From: the human T2T-CHM13v2.0 reference genome, Homo sapiens
DNA length: 64,000 bases
Strand: one strand, 5' to 3'
Assembly: GCF_009914755.1 (NCBI RefSeq)
Contig: NC_060928.1
The position numbers and the translations under genes are program-made. This document shows, one piece after another, positions 27,445 to 39,965 of this stretch. Under the pieces are notes generated by a model. The model was not told the origin of the DNA, did no database searches, and was given only the letters and a program-made list of their open reading frames with translations. How positions within the stretch are numbered: position 1 is the first letter of the stretch; the number at the start of each line of letters is the position of its first letter.

Positions 27445-30364
27445 AACATAGTCCTATTCACAATAGCCACAAAAAGAATAAAATACCTAGGAATACAGCT
27501 AACCAGGGAAGAGAAAGACCTCTACAAGGAGAATTACAAAACCCTGCTCAAATAAATCAGAAATGAGACAAGCAAATGGAAAAACATTCCATGCTCATGG
27601 ATAGAAAGAATCAATATTGTTGAAATGGCCATACTGCCCAAAGCAATTATAAATTCAATGCTCTTTCTATTGAACTACCAATGACATTTTTCACAGAATT
27701 AGAAAAAAAACTGTTTCAAAATTCATATGGAACAAAAAAAGAGCTCAAATAGCCAAGGCAATCTTAAGTAAGAATAACAAAGCTGAAGGCATCACATTAC
27801 CCAACTTCAAACCATACTACAAGGCTACAGTAATCAAAACAACATGGTACTGGTACAAAAATAGGCACGTAGACCAATGGAAAGAATAGAGAGCTCAGAA
27901 ATAATATCACACACCTACAATCCTCCGATCTTCAACAAAGTTGACAAAAACAAGCAATGGAAAAGGGATTCTCTATTCAATAAATAGTGTTGGGGTAACT
28001 GGCTAGCTATATGCAGAAGACTGAAACTGGACCCCTCCCTTACACCATATACAAAAATCAACTCAAGATCAGTGAAAGACTTAAATGTAAAACCTAAAAC
28101 TTTAATGACCTTGAAGTAAACCTAGGAAACACCATTCTGGACATAGGACTGGGCAAATACTTCATGACAAAGAGGACAAAAGCAATTGCAACAGAAACAA
28201 AATTTAACAAATGAGACCTAATTAAACTAAAGAGGTTCTGCACAGCAAAAGAAACTATCGACAAAGTAAACAGACCCCCTAGAGAATTAGAGAAAATATT
28301 TGCAAACTATGCATTCAACAAACGTCTAATATCCAAAATCTATAAGGAACTTAGAAGAATCAACAAGCAAAAACCAAACAACGCTACTCAAAAATGGGCA
28401 AAGGACATGAACAGACACTTCTCAAAAGAAGAGGTATATGTGACCAGCCATCAAATGAAACAATGTTCAACATCACTAATCATTCAAAAAATGCAAATCA
28501 AGACCCCAATGAGATATCATCCCAGTCAGAATGGCTATTATTAAAAAGTAAAAAAAAAAAAAAAAAACAGATGCTGGTGAGGTTGTGAAGAAAAGGGAAC
28601 ACTTATACACTGCTGGTGGGGATCTAAATTAGCTCAGCATTGTGGGTAACAGTTTGGCAATTTCTGAAAGAAGTTAAAACAGAATGACTACACAACCCAG
28701 CAATCCGATTATTGAGTATATATCCAAGGGGATATAAATCATTCTACCATAAAGACACATGCATGTGTACGTTCATTGCAGCACTGTTCACAATAGCAAA
28801 CATATGAAATCAACCTAAATGCCTATCAACAGTAGACTGCATAAAGAATGTGTGGCATATTTACACCATGGAATACTATGCAGACATAAAAGAGAACAAG
28901 ATCATATCATTTGCAGAAATAGGGGTGGAGCTGTAGGCCATGATCTTAAGCAAACTAACACAGGAACAGAAAACCAAATATTGCATGTTCTCACTTATAA
29001 ATGGGAGCTAAACATCAAGTACACGTGGACACAAAGAAGGGAACAACAGACACAGGGACCTACTTAAGGATGGAGGGTGGGAGAAAGGTGAGGATTGCAA
29101 AACTACCTGTTGGATACTATGCTTATTACCTGTATGATGAATTAATCTGTACACCAAACCCCCACAACATGAAATTTACTTGTATAACAAACTGCACTTA
29201 TATTCCTGCACCTAAAATAAAAGTTGAAAAAAAAAAACGCCATAGCATTGCATGTTAATGGTATAATCTTGGTGGTAGATATTCTAGTGTTTACTGTAAT
29301 TTTTTAAAAATGTTGCTGTTTTGTTGAAAATTGTCATAATAAAAAGTGAAAAAAATAATACTTTGTGATAGTATTCTGACTTTGTAGAAAAAGAAAGATT
29401 AAAAGTATAAGAATTTATTCATGTGTATAGGGACTTTCTGGCTCTAGTTTTCTCAGCATACATTAGCAGTATGCGGAGCCCGTGGGAAATATGTGTCTAT
29501 AACTGAAAAAGATGGCTCGCTTGGATATTCACATCTTTCTGAATTATTCTTAACAGTTATCTTATACTGTTTGTTCTGATTCTGTATTAATTGAATCATC
29601 ATCTGATTTTAGTTTAATTCTCAAAGAATAGATGGTTCCTATTATTAAAATGTTCCTATTATAAAAATTTTCCCAGTTTAGCTCTGTTAACTATTAGAAA
29701 AAAAGCTTTACACATTCTGGAATATTGGGAATATGTTTCTTCCCAATTAGTAATTCCTTATCAATTAAAATATATTTTTCGCAATCTTGGAGACATGTTT
29801 TAGAGTACATATAACTTTCTCCAAAAAGAAAACTTGAAAGCAAATTGCTAATTTTAAATATGTTTTCTGAAATTCTGGAGGGGGCTATTGAGATTATGCA
29901 AAAACAACGGGTATCCTTATTACTTTCTTTATTACAATTATTACGATGCTCAACTGCAGTTAAACTGAATTAAATTGTTTTGAATTGTTTTTTAATGGAA
30001 AAGCCACAGGGTGGCCATGCAATTCCATTGCAAAATTATAGCTCTTTCCCTTTAGCAGAATTTAAGGATATAATGTACAACATATTCCCTCCTGAGCACT
30101 GGAAAAGAGAACACACCTGAGTAACAGGCAGAGTGCTTTTAGCTGAAGAAAAATACTAATTCCTGTCAGGATCCATGTTTGTGCTTTCTAAGTTTTCTTG
30201 GCACTGTGTTCATGGCCCGTAATGTAGATGAGTGCAAATTTCAAGTAAAGGTATAAACAAATAAATTAAGTATACAAATAAATCAAATAAGAGTTACAGA
30301 AAATAGGAAATGAATCTGCAAGAGACAGATAGGCAAAATGTCATCAGAGGATTTAGGATGTCAC

Positions 30365-30562
30365 AATAGAGAAGAAGAGCCCGGATCTCAGGGTCAGGAT
30401 ACTAAAGTTCTCCAGTTTTAGTAATTCAAAAGCCCTTGGACAAATTTCTTAATATTCCTGAGCCTCCTTAACTTATCATAAAATAAAATAGAGAAAGTTC
30501 ATTGTGAGGATTAAATGAGCTAAACAGAAACACTTGACAAATTGAATGATGCTGTGTAACTG
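30365..30562 (+). mobile_element. MIR remnant
   Basis: CCTTGGACAAATTTCTTAATATTCCTGAGCCTC...TTGTGAGGATTAAATGAG. Confidence 0.75.
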
Positions 30563-30938
30563 ACAATTCTTCTATATTTGAAGGCTTTTTCTCTGCCTCA
30601 ACATGCCTTAAGATGTATATTCTGCCTGTGTAAGAGAGATTCTGACTGTGACACTGTTCCAGTTCGGGCTGTGATGTGCTTCATGCGCATCCTATGCACT
30701 AACAAAAGTACTAGTTACTTAAGAAGTATGATTTCAGAAGTGCTGCAAGGCCCCCTTTATCCTTGAAATGGCTCTGAAGTCATTCTTCCATTGATTAAAA
30801 TTTCTACAATTAAGATTATTCATTTTGGTTATGATATTATCTCCAAAAGATAAAAACATGCATTTTCTTTCTTCTTTTTCTTCCTTTCCCTTTCTGAGCA
30901 ATTATGTCCTCAAGCTGCTAGGTGTGACAGAACAACTA

Positions 30939-31551
30939 AGTATTAGTTTTCTATTGCTGCCATAACAAATTACTACAAATCTAGGTACTCACATATGTGA
31001 ACAGAGCAGATTGGATGTCAGAGCCCAGGTGGAATGAAGAAGAGGGCCACACAGAAGGGGGACATGACATTGAGTATCAAAGCCTAAGAAACTTAAAATG
31101 ACACAAATGTATTATCTGAGATTTCTGGAATTTAGGATTCCAAAATGGCACTTGCTGACCTAAAATCAAGGTGTTGACAAGGCTGCATTAGCCGTCTCTA
31201 AAGGAAAATCTATTTCTTCACCTTTTTCTGCTTCTAGAAGTTCCCTGCACTTCTTGATTCATGGCTTCCTTCCATCTTCAAACACAGAAACATTGGGCCA
31301 AGTCTTTCTCAAGCTGACATCTCTTTAATTCTCCTTATTTTGCCTCCCTCTGCCACTCATAAGGATCTTGTCATTAGATTGGATTTGCCAGAATAATCTA
31401 GAATAATTTCTCCATATCAAGATTTCCTGATTAACAGCTTTAATTCTATGTGCAGCCTTAATTCGCCTGTGCCATATTCCCTAACACATTAAACACTTTC
31501 AAAGAATAGGATGTGGACATCTTTGGAAAGCCATTATTCTACCTACCACAG
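30939..31551 (-). mobile_element. MLT1D-like MaLR solo LTR with a ~105-bp foreign insert
   Basis: GTATTAGTTTTCTATTGCTGCCATAACAAATTACTACAAA...GGATGTGGACATCTTTGG...CCATTATTCTACCTACCACA. Confidence 0.85.
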
Positions 31552-31594
31552 TAGATCATTGTTCTGGCAGTGTGTGGGGCCGCAGTGGCTTGGA

Positions 31595-32015
31595 GCAGGG
31601 TGTCACTGCCTCAGCAGAAGCAATATAGTGGTCCCATGGACCAGCAGCATATGGAGTATTAGATCCCAAGCAGAGTAAGGCAAGCATCCCCATAGGAACA
31701 CTGATCATGCAGGGTGTCAAGTCCAAAGTATAGTGAAGGGAGCATTCATGTGTGGGAGCAGCCTGGCCTGGGGTGTTAGAACTCAAGCAGTGTGCAAAAC
31801 AGAATCCACACCTAGGGCCAGCCTGACTTACGATGTTGGAGCCTAAGTGGGGTAAGAAGGCCTTTCATACAGGGGAGTGTTTCAATATTGGGTAACAGAA
31901 GCCAAGGAAAGTGTGCACACTTGCAGAGAGAAGGAGCTTGGCACAGAGATTCAAAGCTCAAGCTGATTGAAGAAGCAACTATAGATGGCGTGTCCCAGTG
32001 CAGAATGTCAGGGCC
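31595..32015 (+). repeat. degenerate ~58-bp tandem array (about 7 units), probably part of an L1MC-type 3' UTR
   Basis: A GGGTGTCAGAGCCCAAGC-like unit start recurs at about 31599, 31653, 31711, 31771, 31831, 31890, 31946 and 32002. Confidence 0.65.
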
Positions 32016-32045
32016 ATAAAAATAAGTCTTCTCTATGAGGAGAAG

Positions 32046-32085
32046 GCCTGGCAACAGAGCAAGACTCCATCTCAAAAAAAAAAAA
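32046..32085 (+). mobile_element. Alu 3'-terminal fragment
   Basis: GCCTGGCAACAGAGCAAGACTCCATCTC followed by A12. Confidence 0.85.
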
Positions 32086-32117
32086 GTGAATTTATTACAT
32101 ACAAATAAATGCCTCAG

Positions 32118-32422
32118 GGCAAGGCTAAGCAAAATGCAACCTATAGGCCAAATCCAGCCTAGTATCTCTTTTTGTATATATCATAAGCTAAGTATGACAT
32201 TATACATTTTAAGTCGTTGGAAAAAAATTTTAAAAAGAGGAATATTTTGTGACACATAAAATTATATGAAATTCAAATGTCAGTGTCCATAAATATTTAT
32301 AGAAATACAGCCAGCACCACCATTTGCTTACATATTAGCTCTGGCCTTTTTGTGTGTGTGTTACAGTGGCCTAAGGTATGCAATATCCTCTCATTTACAG
32401 ATAAAGTTTGTTAAGCCCACCC
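32118..32422 (+). mobile_element. MER58B-like hAT-Charlie DNA transposon relic
   Basis: GGCCAAATCCAGCC...GTGACACATAAAATTATATGAAATTCAAATGTCAGTGTCCATAAATA...TTTACAGATAAAGTTTG. Confidence 0.8.
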
Positions 32423-32502
32423 CCAGAGTATTAGGGCTTAATTTTCTTATAGAACTCTTGGTTATGAAAAACAAATCACCATTAATGAGACAAATTAAAA
32501 TT

Positions 32503-33392
32503 ATCAGACAACTCTTTTTTGACAAAGTTGCCAAGAACATACTTTGGGGAAAGACAGTGTCTTTAATAAATGGTGCTGGGAAAACTGGATATTCATATGC
32601 AGAAGAATGAAACTAGATCCCCACACCTTTCACCATATACAAAAATAAAAATGATTAAAGACTTAAATGTAAGACCTGAAACTATGAAACTACTAAAAGA
32701 AAACACTGGGGAAATGCTACAGGGCAAAGATATTTTGGGTAAGACCTCAAAAACATAGGCAATACATTAAGCTAAAAAGCTTCTTCACAGCAAGGAAAAG
32801 AATTAACAAAGTGAAGAGACAACCTGCAGAATGGGAGAAAGTATTTTCAAGCTATCCATCTGACATGAGATTAATAACCATAATATATAAAGCACTCAAA
32901 CAACTCATAGCAAAAAAAAAAATCTTATTTAAAAATGGCCAAAAGATCTGAATAGACATTTCTCAAAAGAAGACAGGTATAAGAAAAAATGCTTACGATC
33001 ACTAATCATTAGGCAAATGCAAATCAAAACCACAAAGAGATAGCATCTTATCCCAGTTAGAATGGCTACTATCAAAAGACAAAAAAAAAAAAAAACAAAA
33101 AAAAACAACAAATGCTGGCAAAGGCAGAAAAAGGAGAATGCTTGTACACTGTTTGTGGGAATGTAAAGTAGTACACTCATTATGGAAAACAGTATGGAGG
33201 TTCCTTATAAAAGCAAAAATAGAGCTACCATATTATCTAGCAATCCCACTACTAGGTATATATCCAAAAGAAAGTAAATCAGTACATTGAAAAGATATCT
33301 ACAATCCCGTTTTTATTGCAGCACTATTCACAATAGCTAAGATGGGGAATCAACCGCAGTATCCATCAAAGGATGAATGGGTAAAGAAAATG

Positions 33393-33434
<42 letters not shown>

Positions 33435-33945
33435 AGAATACTATTCAGCCATAAAAAAAGAATGAAATCCTGACATTTACAGCAATGTAGATGGAACTGG
33501 AGGTCCTTACATTAAGTGACATAAACCAGGAACAGAAAGACAAATATTGCATGTTCTAACTCATATGTTGGAGCTAAAACAGTGGATCTCATGCAGGTAG
33601 AGAGTACAATAGTGGTTGTCAAAGGCTGGGAAGGGAAGGAGAGAAGAAGGAATAAAGAAAAGTTGGTTTAGGGGTATAAAAGTACAATTAGATAGAAGGG
33701 ATAGGTTCTGGTATTTGATAGTACAGTAGGGAAATTATGGTTAACAATAATTTTTGTATATTTCAAAATAGCTAGAAGAGAATTATAATATTCCCAGCAC
33801 AAAGAAAAGATAAATGTTTGAGGTGATGGATATCTCAATTACCCTGATTTGCTCAATACACATTTCATACAGGTCTCAAAATAACACAATATACTCCCAA
33901 AATATGTACAACTACTACATGTCAATAACAAGAAAAAATAAAATT
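32503..33945 (+). mobile_element. L1MA4/5-like LINE-1 3' part
   Basis: ORF2 C-terminal remnant ([19 protein letters not shown]) and L1MA-type 3' UTR (TTTCAAAATAGCTAGAAGAG...GAGGTGATGGATATC). Confidence 0.88.
33399..33432 (+). repeat. (CA)17 microsatellite
   Basis: Perfect dinucleotide run. Confidence 0.95.
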
Positions 33946-33949
33946 GTGT

Positions 33950-34420
33950 CCTAACTATTAGAATGCAATGAAGAAAAAGTAACATCACTTCTGTGATATT
34001 ACTGACAAACATGCATAACCTGAATCTAATTATGAATAAATATCAGACAAATCCACACTGAGGAACAGACTCCAAAATTACTGGCCTAGTAATCTTCAAA
34101 ATATCATCAAAAGGAAAAAAAGACTGAAGAAGAGTTCCAAACTAAGAAGATTAGAGACATGATAACAAAGTCATGCCATAATTACGACCCAGATCTTTTT
34201 ATTATAAGGTATTATTGAGACAACTGGCGATTCTAGAATGGGGAAATGCTGGAATGCTAATTTACTGATTTTGATGGTTTTATTTTGGATCTGTAGAAAA
34301 ACACTGCTATATCAGGGTGGATGGAACATCAGTTGACAATTTATTTTCATATGTTTTGGGAGAAAATGTTTTTTGAACTGTACTTTCAACTACTCTGTAA
34401 GTTTTTGATTGGGAAAAATA
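33950..34420 (+). mobile_element. L1MC-type 3' UTR remnant
   Basis: AACATCACTTCTGTGATATT...CATAACCTGAATCTAATTATG...CAGACAAATCC; end TGTACTTTCAACTACTCTGTAAGTTT. Confidence 0.65.
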
Positions 34421-34679
34421 GCATGAACCTATCTGAGGTAGTATGGCAACAACATTCTCACGCCATTTAACACTAATAATGATTAGTTTGATATATTAGT
34501 GAGTTATCATCTTGAAATATGGAAAATAAGTTTTTAACATTCATAAACACATAGAAGGATTCATATGTCAGATAAATTTTGTTTAGAAGAAAGAATGCTT
34601 GAAACATGAGATGAATAACTTTATTACGGGTTATATGCAGTATATAAAAGAAGTTCAGGGACACTAAATATTAAAGAAA

Positions 34680-35980
34680 AAACACAGATAGATCAAATTA
34701 GAGATGATTTACATATTAAAATATTAAGTCTTCCAATTCATGAATCTAGTATAGGTCTTCATTCATTTTATTAGGTCTTATTTAAGAAGACCTTCTCTCA
34801 GCAATGTTTTCCAGTTTTCTGCATTCAGAACATGCACATCTTTGTCAGATATAAACCTATTTATTTTATATTTTGATGCTATTATAAATGGCATTTTTAT
34901 ATCAAATTCTGACTTTTTGTTTCTAGTAGGTTGAAATACAACTGATTGTTTTACATCAGTTTTGTATACTGCAACATTTTTTAACTTACTTATTAATTCT
35001 GGGAACATTTTTGTAGATGTCATTGGATTGTAGAGAGGTGATCATGTCATGTGCAAATAAAGGTAGTGTTACCCTCCTTTGCCAATCTGAATGCCCTTTA
35101 TTTCTTTTTCTTGCCTTATTGCAATAGTTAAACCTCAAGTACGATGTTAAATGTTAAATCAAAGTGGTAAAAGTAGACATTCTTGTTTTCTTAAAGAAGA
35201 AGCAAAATGTTAATTATGATGGTAGCCATAGAGTTTTTTGTATATGCTCTTCATAAGGAGGAGAATGCCCCCCTCTATTCCTAGTTTGCTAAAAGGATTT
35301 TTGCTGTTTTTTAAAAAAAATGATGAATGGATGTTCAAATATGTCAAATGCTTTTTCTTCATCTATAGAAATGATCTTTATTTTTTTAATATGGTGAATT
35401 ATAGTGACTGATTTTTAAATTAATCAACCTTGCTTGCCTGGGATAAACCCATGAGGTCATGATGTGTTATCCTTTTTTATGTATATTGAAAAACCTTATC
35501 TTGCAAAGTATTCCAAGCAGAGAATCATCTAAACTCTGGGGATTACTCCACCTCTTCTTTCATGTAATTCTATTCCATCTCAGGAAGTTTCTTCCTACAT
35601 AATCACCTCTGTACACATCAGCACTGGGTCAAAAAACTGAGCTCTGCAAATTTTTTGAGCTCTCTGGGTCTAGCACCTTTCTTCCTGATATTTGCCACTG
35701 CTAGTCTAACTGACTTAGCCTCCCCAACTCTGTCTTCTCAAAGCATTGAGACTACTGAACTCTGTTTTGGTCCCCCACCCTTCACTGCAGCTTAGAAACT
35801 CTCTCTAGGCAGTAATCAGGGGGCAATTGTAGGGCTCACAGCATTTGTTTCTCTTCTCTTGGGGATGAATATCCAAACTCTGAAAATTATTTGTTCATGT
35901 GATCTACTTTTCTGGTTGACTTCAGGTAAAAAAGAAAGATCTAGTTTCTGTTACTCCTTTATGAACAAGAACAGAATTCG
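34680..35980 (-). mobile_element. old L1M (MC/MD/ME) fragments: ORF2 piece plus 5'-end piece
   Basis: Antisense ORF2 (AGTCTTCCAATTCATGAA; CTATTCCTAGTTTGCT; GGGATAAACCC) to about 35490, then L1M 5'-end-like sequence (GGGCAATTGTAGGGCTCAC...CTGTTACTCC). Confidence 0.65.
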
Positions 35981-35982
35981 TC

Positions 35983-36428
35983 TTTTAATTGACAAATAAA
36001 AATTACATATACTTACGGTATACAATGTGATGTTTTGATTTATGTATGCACAGCGGAATAGCTAGATCAAGTTAATTAACATACACATTACCTCATACGC
36101 TTACTTTTTGTGATAAGAACACTTAAAATCTACTCTCTCAGCAATTTTCAAACATACAGTACATTGTTAATTAACTATAGTCACCATGTTGGAAAATGGA
36201 TCTTTCAAACTTACTCTTTCTGTGTAACTGAAATTTTGTATGTTTTGACTAACACCTATACAGTCCTCCATTCTTTAAGCTATCTTTAAGTTTCTGGTAA
36301 CCACCATTCAACTCTTTGTTTCTAAGAGTTTATCTTTTTTGAGATCCCAAACACAACCGAAATCACGGCTGTTTGTATTTTTGTGCCTGGCTTACTTCAC
36401 TTGACATGATGTTCTACAGGTTCATTAA
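35983..36428 (-). mobile_element. L1MA7/8-like 3' UTR
   Basis: TTTTAATTGACAAATAAAAATT...GAACACTTAAAATCTACTCTCTCAGCAATTTTC...TGTGCCTGGCTTACTTCACTTG. Confidence 0.82.
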
Positions 36429-37901
36429 TTGGTTTATACTGAATTATTTACTTTCTCCCAAAATACAACCAAGAGAACTTTTTTTAATTTGTCAACAAAT
36501 ATTTTTAAAATCGTATTGAACAAATACAAAAATATCTCATTTTTTAAGACTGGCAGTTCAAAAGTTTTCTTTCTTATTCTTTAGTAAAAGAATGGTAATT
36601 TTAAGTTTAAAACATTTTGAGATTCCATGTAAAACCCAAAACTACAAAATGACATACAATAAAAGAAATTCATTGACTTAACATTTTTGTTTTAATTTGT
36701 ATGAAGAAATTTTCAAAGATATTATAAAACAGAAAATAAAATTTTAACTCACCACCAATTTTGAAAGTTTATAGCTTATAATTTATACAGATTCAATGTC
36801 ATAAGAGACTGGGCAGAGAGAAAGAATTGGTAGGTTGATTTCATTCTATAAATATAATTTCTAGATACTGATATACTTTATTACCTCTAAAAGAAGCAAC
36901 ATCCACTACCAAAGTAACAGACGTAATACAGCAATTCTCCTTTACCACAAAATCCTTCAATGATAAGAAGTAACTTTTGCATCTGAATGAATGCTTTCCC
37001 TCCTAGCAGAAACACAATAAAACACTAAATTAACTTATATTGAAATCACAACTATCATCTCACAAACTGTTTGCTATCCAATATATTAAATTAACAGTGG
37101 TGCTCTCATTATATGATACTTAAGACACCTCCACAATCTGTTGAAAGCTGTTTTATTATAATTATATTGCAGTATTAATCCAGGAAAAACAGCTTCAGAA
37201 CACCTACTGAATTGTAGTTTCCATTCATGTAATTTTGCTACTGAACTTAATAAAATAACTAAAGAGGTTAGTAATTTATAACACCTAATTTTTCATTTTA
37301 AAATTAGAGGAGTATTACTCATAATGTCATATTTACTAACTGTTCTAAAAAGCTGAAAAAATTGAACTACCTTGAAAAGGAGCTGTTGCTTTGTGAGTGT
37401 AATTGAGTAATATTCTATATTGGGAAGCAGGAGTAGTATTGATGTAAGGAAGTATTTTTCTAATAAATTTATTTTAGGAAAAATATAGTTATGATGTGAA
37501 TAGTAAAAAATAGAAAAATATATAAAAAATATTTTTTATTTTGATAAATATTAACAATGAAAACTGTCACTAAGGAAAATATCAACTTGAAAATAAATAA
37601 TTAAATGCACTCGGTACTTTAGATAAAGGAAGAAAAATATACTTTGCTATAAATATGATAATGCTAATGGATAATATTCTAGGACTTAGAAATACATATA
37701 TTAAGTCACATGATAAATCACATTTCTTTCCTCTGTTATAGCATTCAATGACATTATAAATCTCTCCTCTTCAAAATATGCTATATTTTTCAAGTAAATC
37801 TGAGTGTTGTCCATCAGTCTGATTTAGGCACAAGCAAAAGAGGCTTCTTCCTTTGTCTTAATACTTTAGAGGACCCACATATCATTAAAAAAAAAAGACA
37901 C

Positions 37902-38044
37902 TAGCATTAGGAAAAATACCTAATGTAGATGACAGGTTGGTTGGTCCAGCAAACTGCCATGGCACTTGTATACCTATGTAACAAACTTGCACTTTCTGCA
38001 CATGTATCCCAGAAGTTAAAGTATAATTTAAAAAATAAAATAAA
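37902..38044 (+). mobile_element. L1PA7-like extreme 3' end (~140 bp)
   Basis: TAGCATTAGGAAAAATACCTAATGTAGATGAC...CACATGTATCCCAGAAGTTAAAGTATAAT plus tail; TSD core AAGACAC on both sides. Confidence 0.88.
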
Positions 38045-38362
38045 TGAAGACACATATACATTTACTGAAGATCATATGGGCATTTCTGCCATGGGATCCT
38101 GCTTCCAGTGCTGTCTGGATGGGAAGTGGAACTCCAAACATCCTCTCTCGTTCTTGAGACTGTTCAGGCCTGAGCAAACTGTTTGTCCACATCTTGAACC
38201 ATGAGCCCTTGTAACAGAAGGTGACTGAATCTGAACACCATAAAGATGTGGGTTGTGGATTTGTTGAAATCAGAAATAAGAAATGTTTTAGTTAGTTTTG
38301 TACTTTATTCAGTTGAACTACAGGCAATAATTATTATACATTTTGAGTAACACATATTGTGA

Positions 38363-38645
38363 TTTTTAAATTTATTTCTTTTTAGAGACAGGCTGGAGTG
38401 CAGTGGTGCAATCTTGGCTCACTGTAGCCTTGAATGCCTGGGCTCAAGCGATCCTCCCACTTCACCCTCCTGAGTATCTGAAACCACAGGGGCACACCTT
38501 CATGTCCAATTAATTTTTATTTTTTTTGGTAGAGACAGGGTCTCACTATGTACAGCCCAGAGTGGTCTTGAATGCCTGAGCTAAACAATTCTCCCACCTG
38601 GGCTTTCCAAAGTGCTGGGATTACAGGCATGAGCCATCATGCCAG
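38363..38645 (-). mobile_element. AluJ with a ~20-bp internal deletion
   Basis: J-type features (CTGGGCTCAAGCGATCCTCCCAC; AGGGTCTCACTATGT); the GAGACAGG|CTGG junction lacks the usual intervening segment. Confidence 0.9.
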
Positions 38646-39706
38646 ATATTATTAAATAATTCTGTACATTAATTCCTCCAAACATTCAAAACACCCAGGA
38701 TGGGAATTGCCATGAATGGTACCTGTCCAGTGGAGAGCAGAATGAGCTCACATCTCTTTTTTCAATCTAAATTCATATTGCTTTTAGTATTTTATCCCAC
38801 ATTTTAACCACCAATTGAAATAAAGGTCTCAGATGTGATGTGTCCTCTCCCTACCACCACAACTGTTGTCAAATGCGTCTTCCCCCACCACCGCAGTCAT
38901 TGTCAAATAATTATTTCTTATTTAAAATGCTATAGGGAAATTATCTTGGAAATTTTAGGCAAGAACTATGGACCAATAGGTTTGCACATAGCAAGTTGTA
39001 GGTTTAAATACAATATGTAAAGTACATGTCAGCTTTAAATATGCACGAAATAAGTATTCTTTATTTCTTATTGGTACAATCTTCACTCCACTTTACAAAA
39101 AAATAAGTGGCACTATGAGACCCTAGATTCCAGTTAAGGAATAAAAGGAGCTGGATTTTTCCTTAACGCAGAGGTTAGAATCAGATCCTCTAAGTGGCCC
39201 TTCCAGCTTCATTCTGCAAGAATCTACTGAACAGAAGACATGAGGCATTGCTGAGACCACTGGAACAAGCTCTTTCATTCCACACGTGTTCCCAGTTGTG
39301 CTTGTCCCCCCAGATAAGAAGGTAATGATTGGGGTAGGAGACAGACAGCCAGGCACAGAGAATTCATAGCAGGTTCACTGTGCCAAGATGCAAAATGTTC
39401 TGAAATGCCTCAGATGCTCCCTGAAGCAGCCTTGGAAAACACTATCCACTTGCCCTCATCTGGAAACCACACTGTTTCTTATAGAATGTTCTGTGGCTGA
39501 AGCTGGCAGTGGTAAGTTTCCACAAAGCACACAGAGTAAATAAATGAAGTATTTGCTTTTTTAAATGTTAACTAACATACTGACTCTCAACTGCTAGTGG
39601 AAACACTCAATCATCAAGATTTCCCTGGGAGAATTGTCATTCTTCTACTTCAGGAAACTGATGATATTAACGAAATTAAAATTCTTAATCACACATCCAC
39701 AGCATC

Positions 39707-39716
39707 TGAGTCAGCA
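39707..39716. promoter_or_regulatory. ARE/MARE-half motif TGAGTCAGCA
   Basis: Exact motif in unique sequence; motif only. Confidence 0.25.
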
Positions 39717-39802
39717 TCAAAGTGAGGAATCTTTTTTGAAAATAAGTAAAACATTGTTGATGTATTGAGGCTCTTTTTCTATTCATTTCCATTCTCTGCA
39801 GT

Positions 39803-39965
39803 ATCATAGATGTCTAGAGTTGGAAGGAATCTTCGAGATTATTTAGGCCTCCTGTGGTCCTTTTCTGAGCAGGAAAAAAACAGGTCCAGAGTAGTAAAAT
39901 AACTTTCTCAAATTCACAAGCTCGTGGTAAATCCAACATTGGGACTTGAGTCTCTTGATTCTCAT
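39803..39965 (-). mobile_element. MIR3/MIRc remnant
   Basis: TCATAGATGTCTAGAGTTGGAAGGAATCTTCGAGATTAT...GGGACTTGAGTCTCTTGATTC. Confidence 0.65.

Noticed and set aside
29634-29670. Short tandem duplications (GTTCCTATTAT x2; also about 45638-45661 and 48874-48906)
   Set aside because: Ordinary slippage duplications in AT-rich DNA.
31595-32015. Periodic array as a CRISPR-like repeat-spacer system
   Set aside because: Human DNA; the units are diverged along their whole length rather than forming constant repeats with unique spacers, and no cas-like ORFs are present.
37440-37700. Extremely AT-rich tract as a matrix-attachment or origin element
   Set aside because: Low complexity only; no specific evidence of function.
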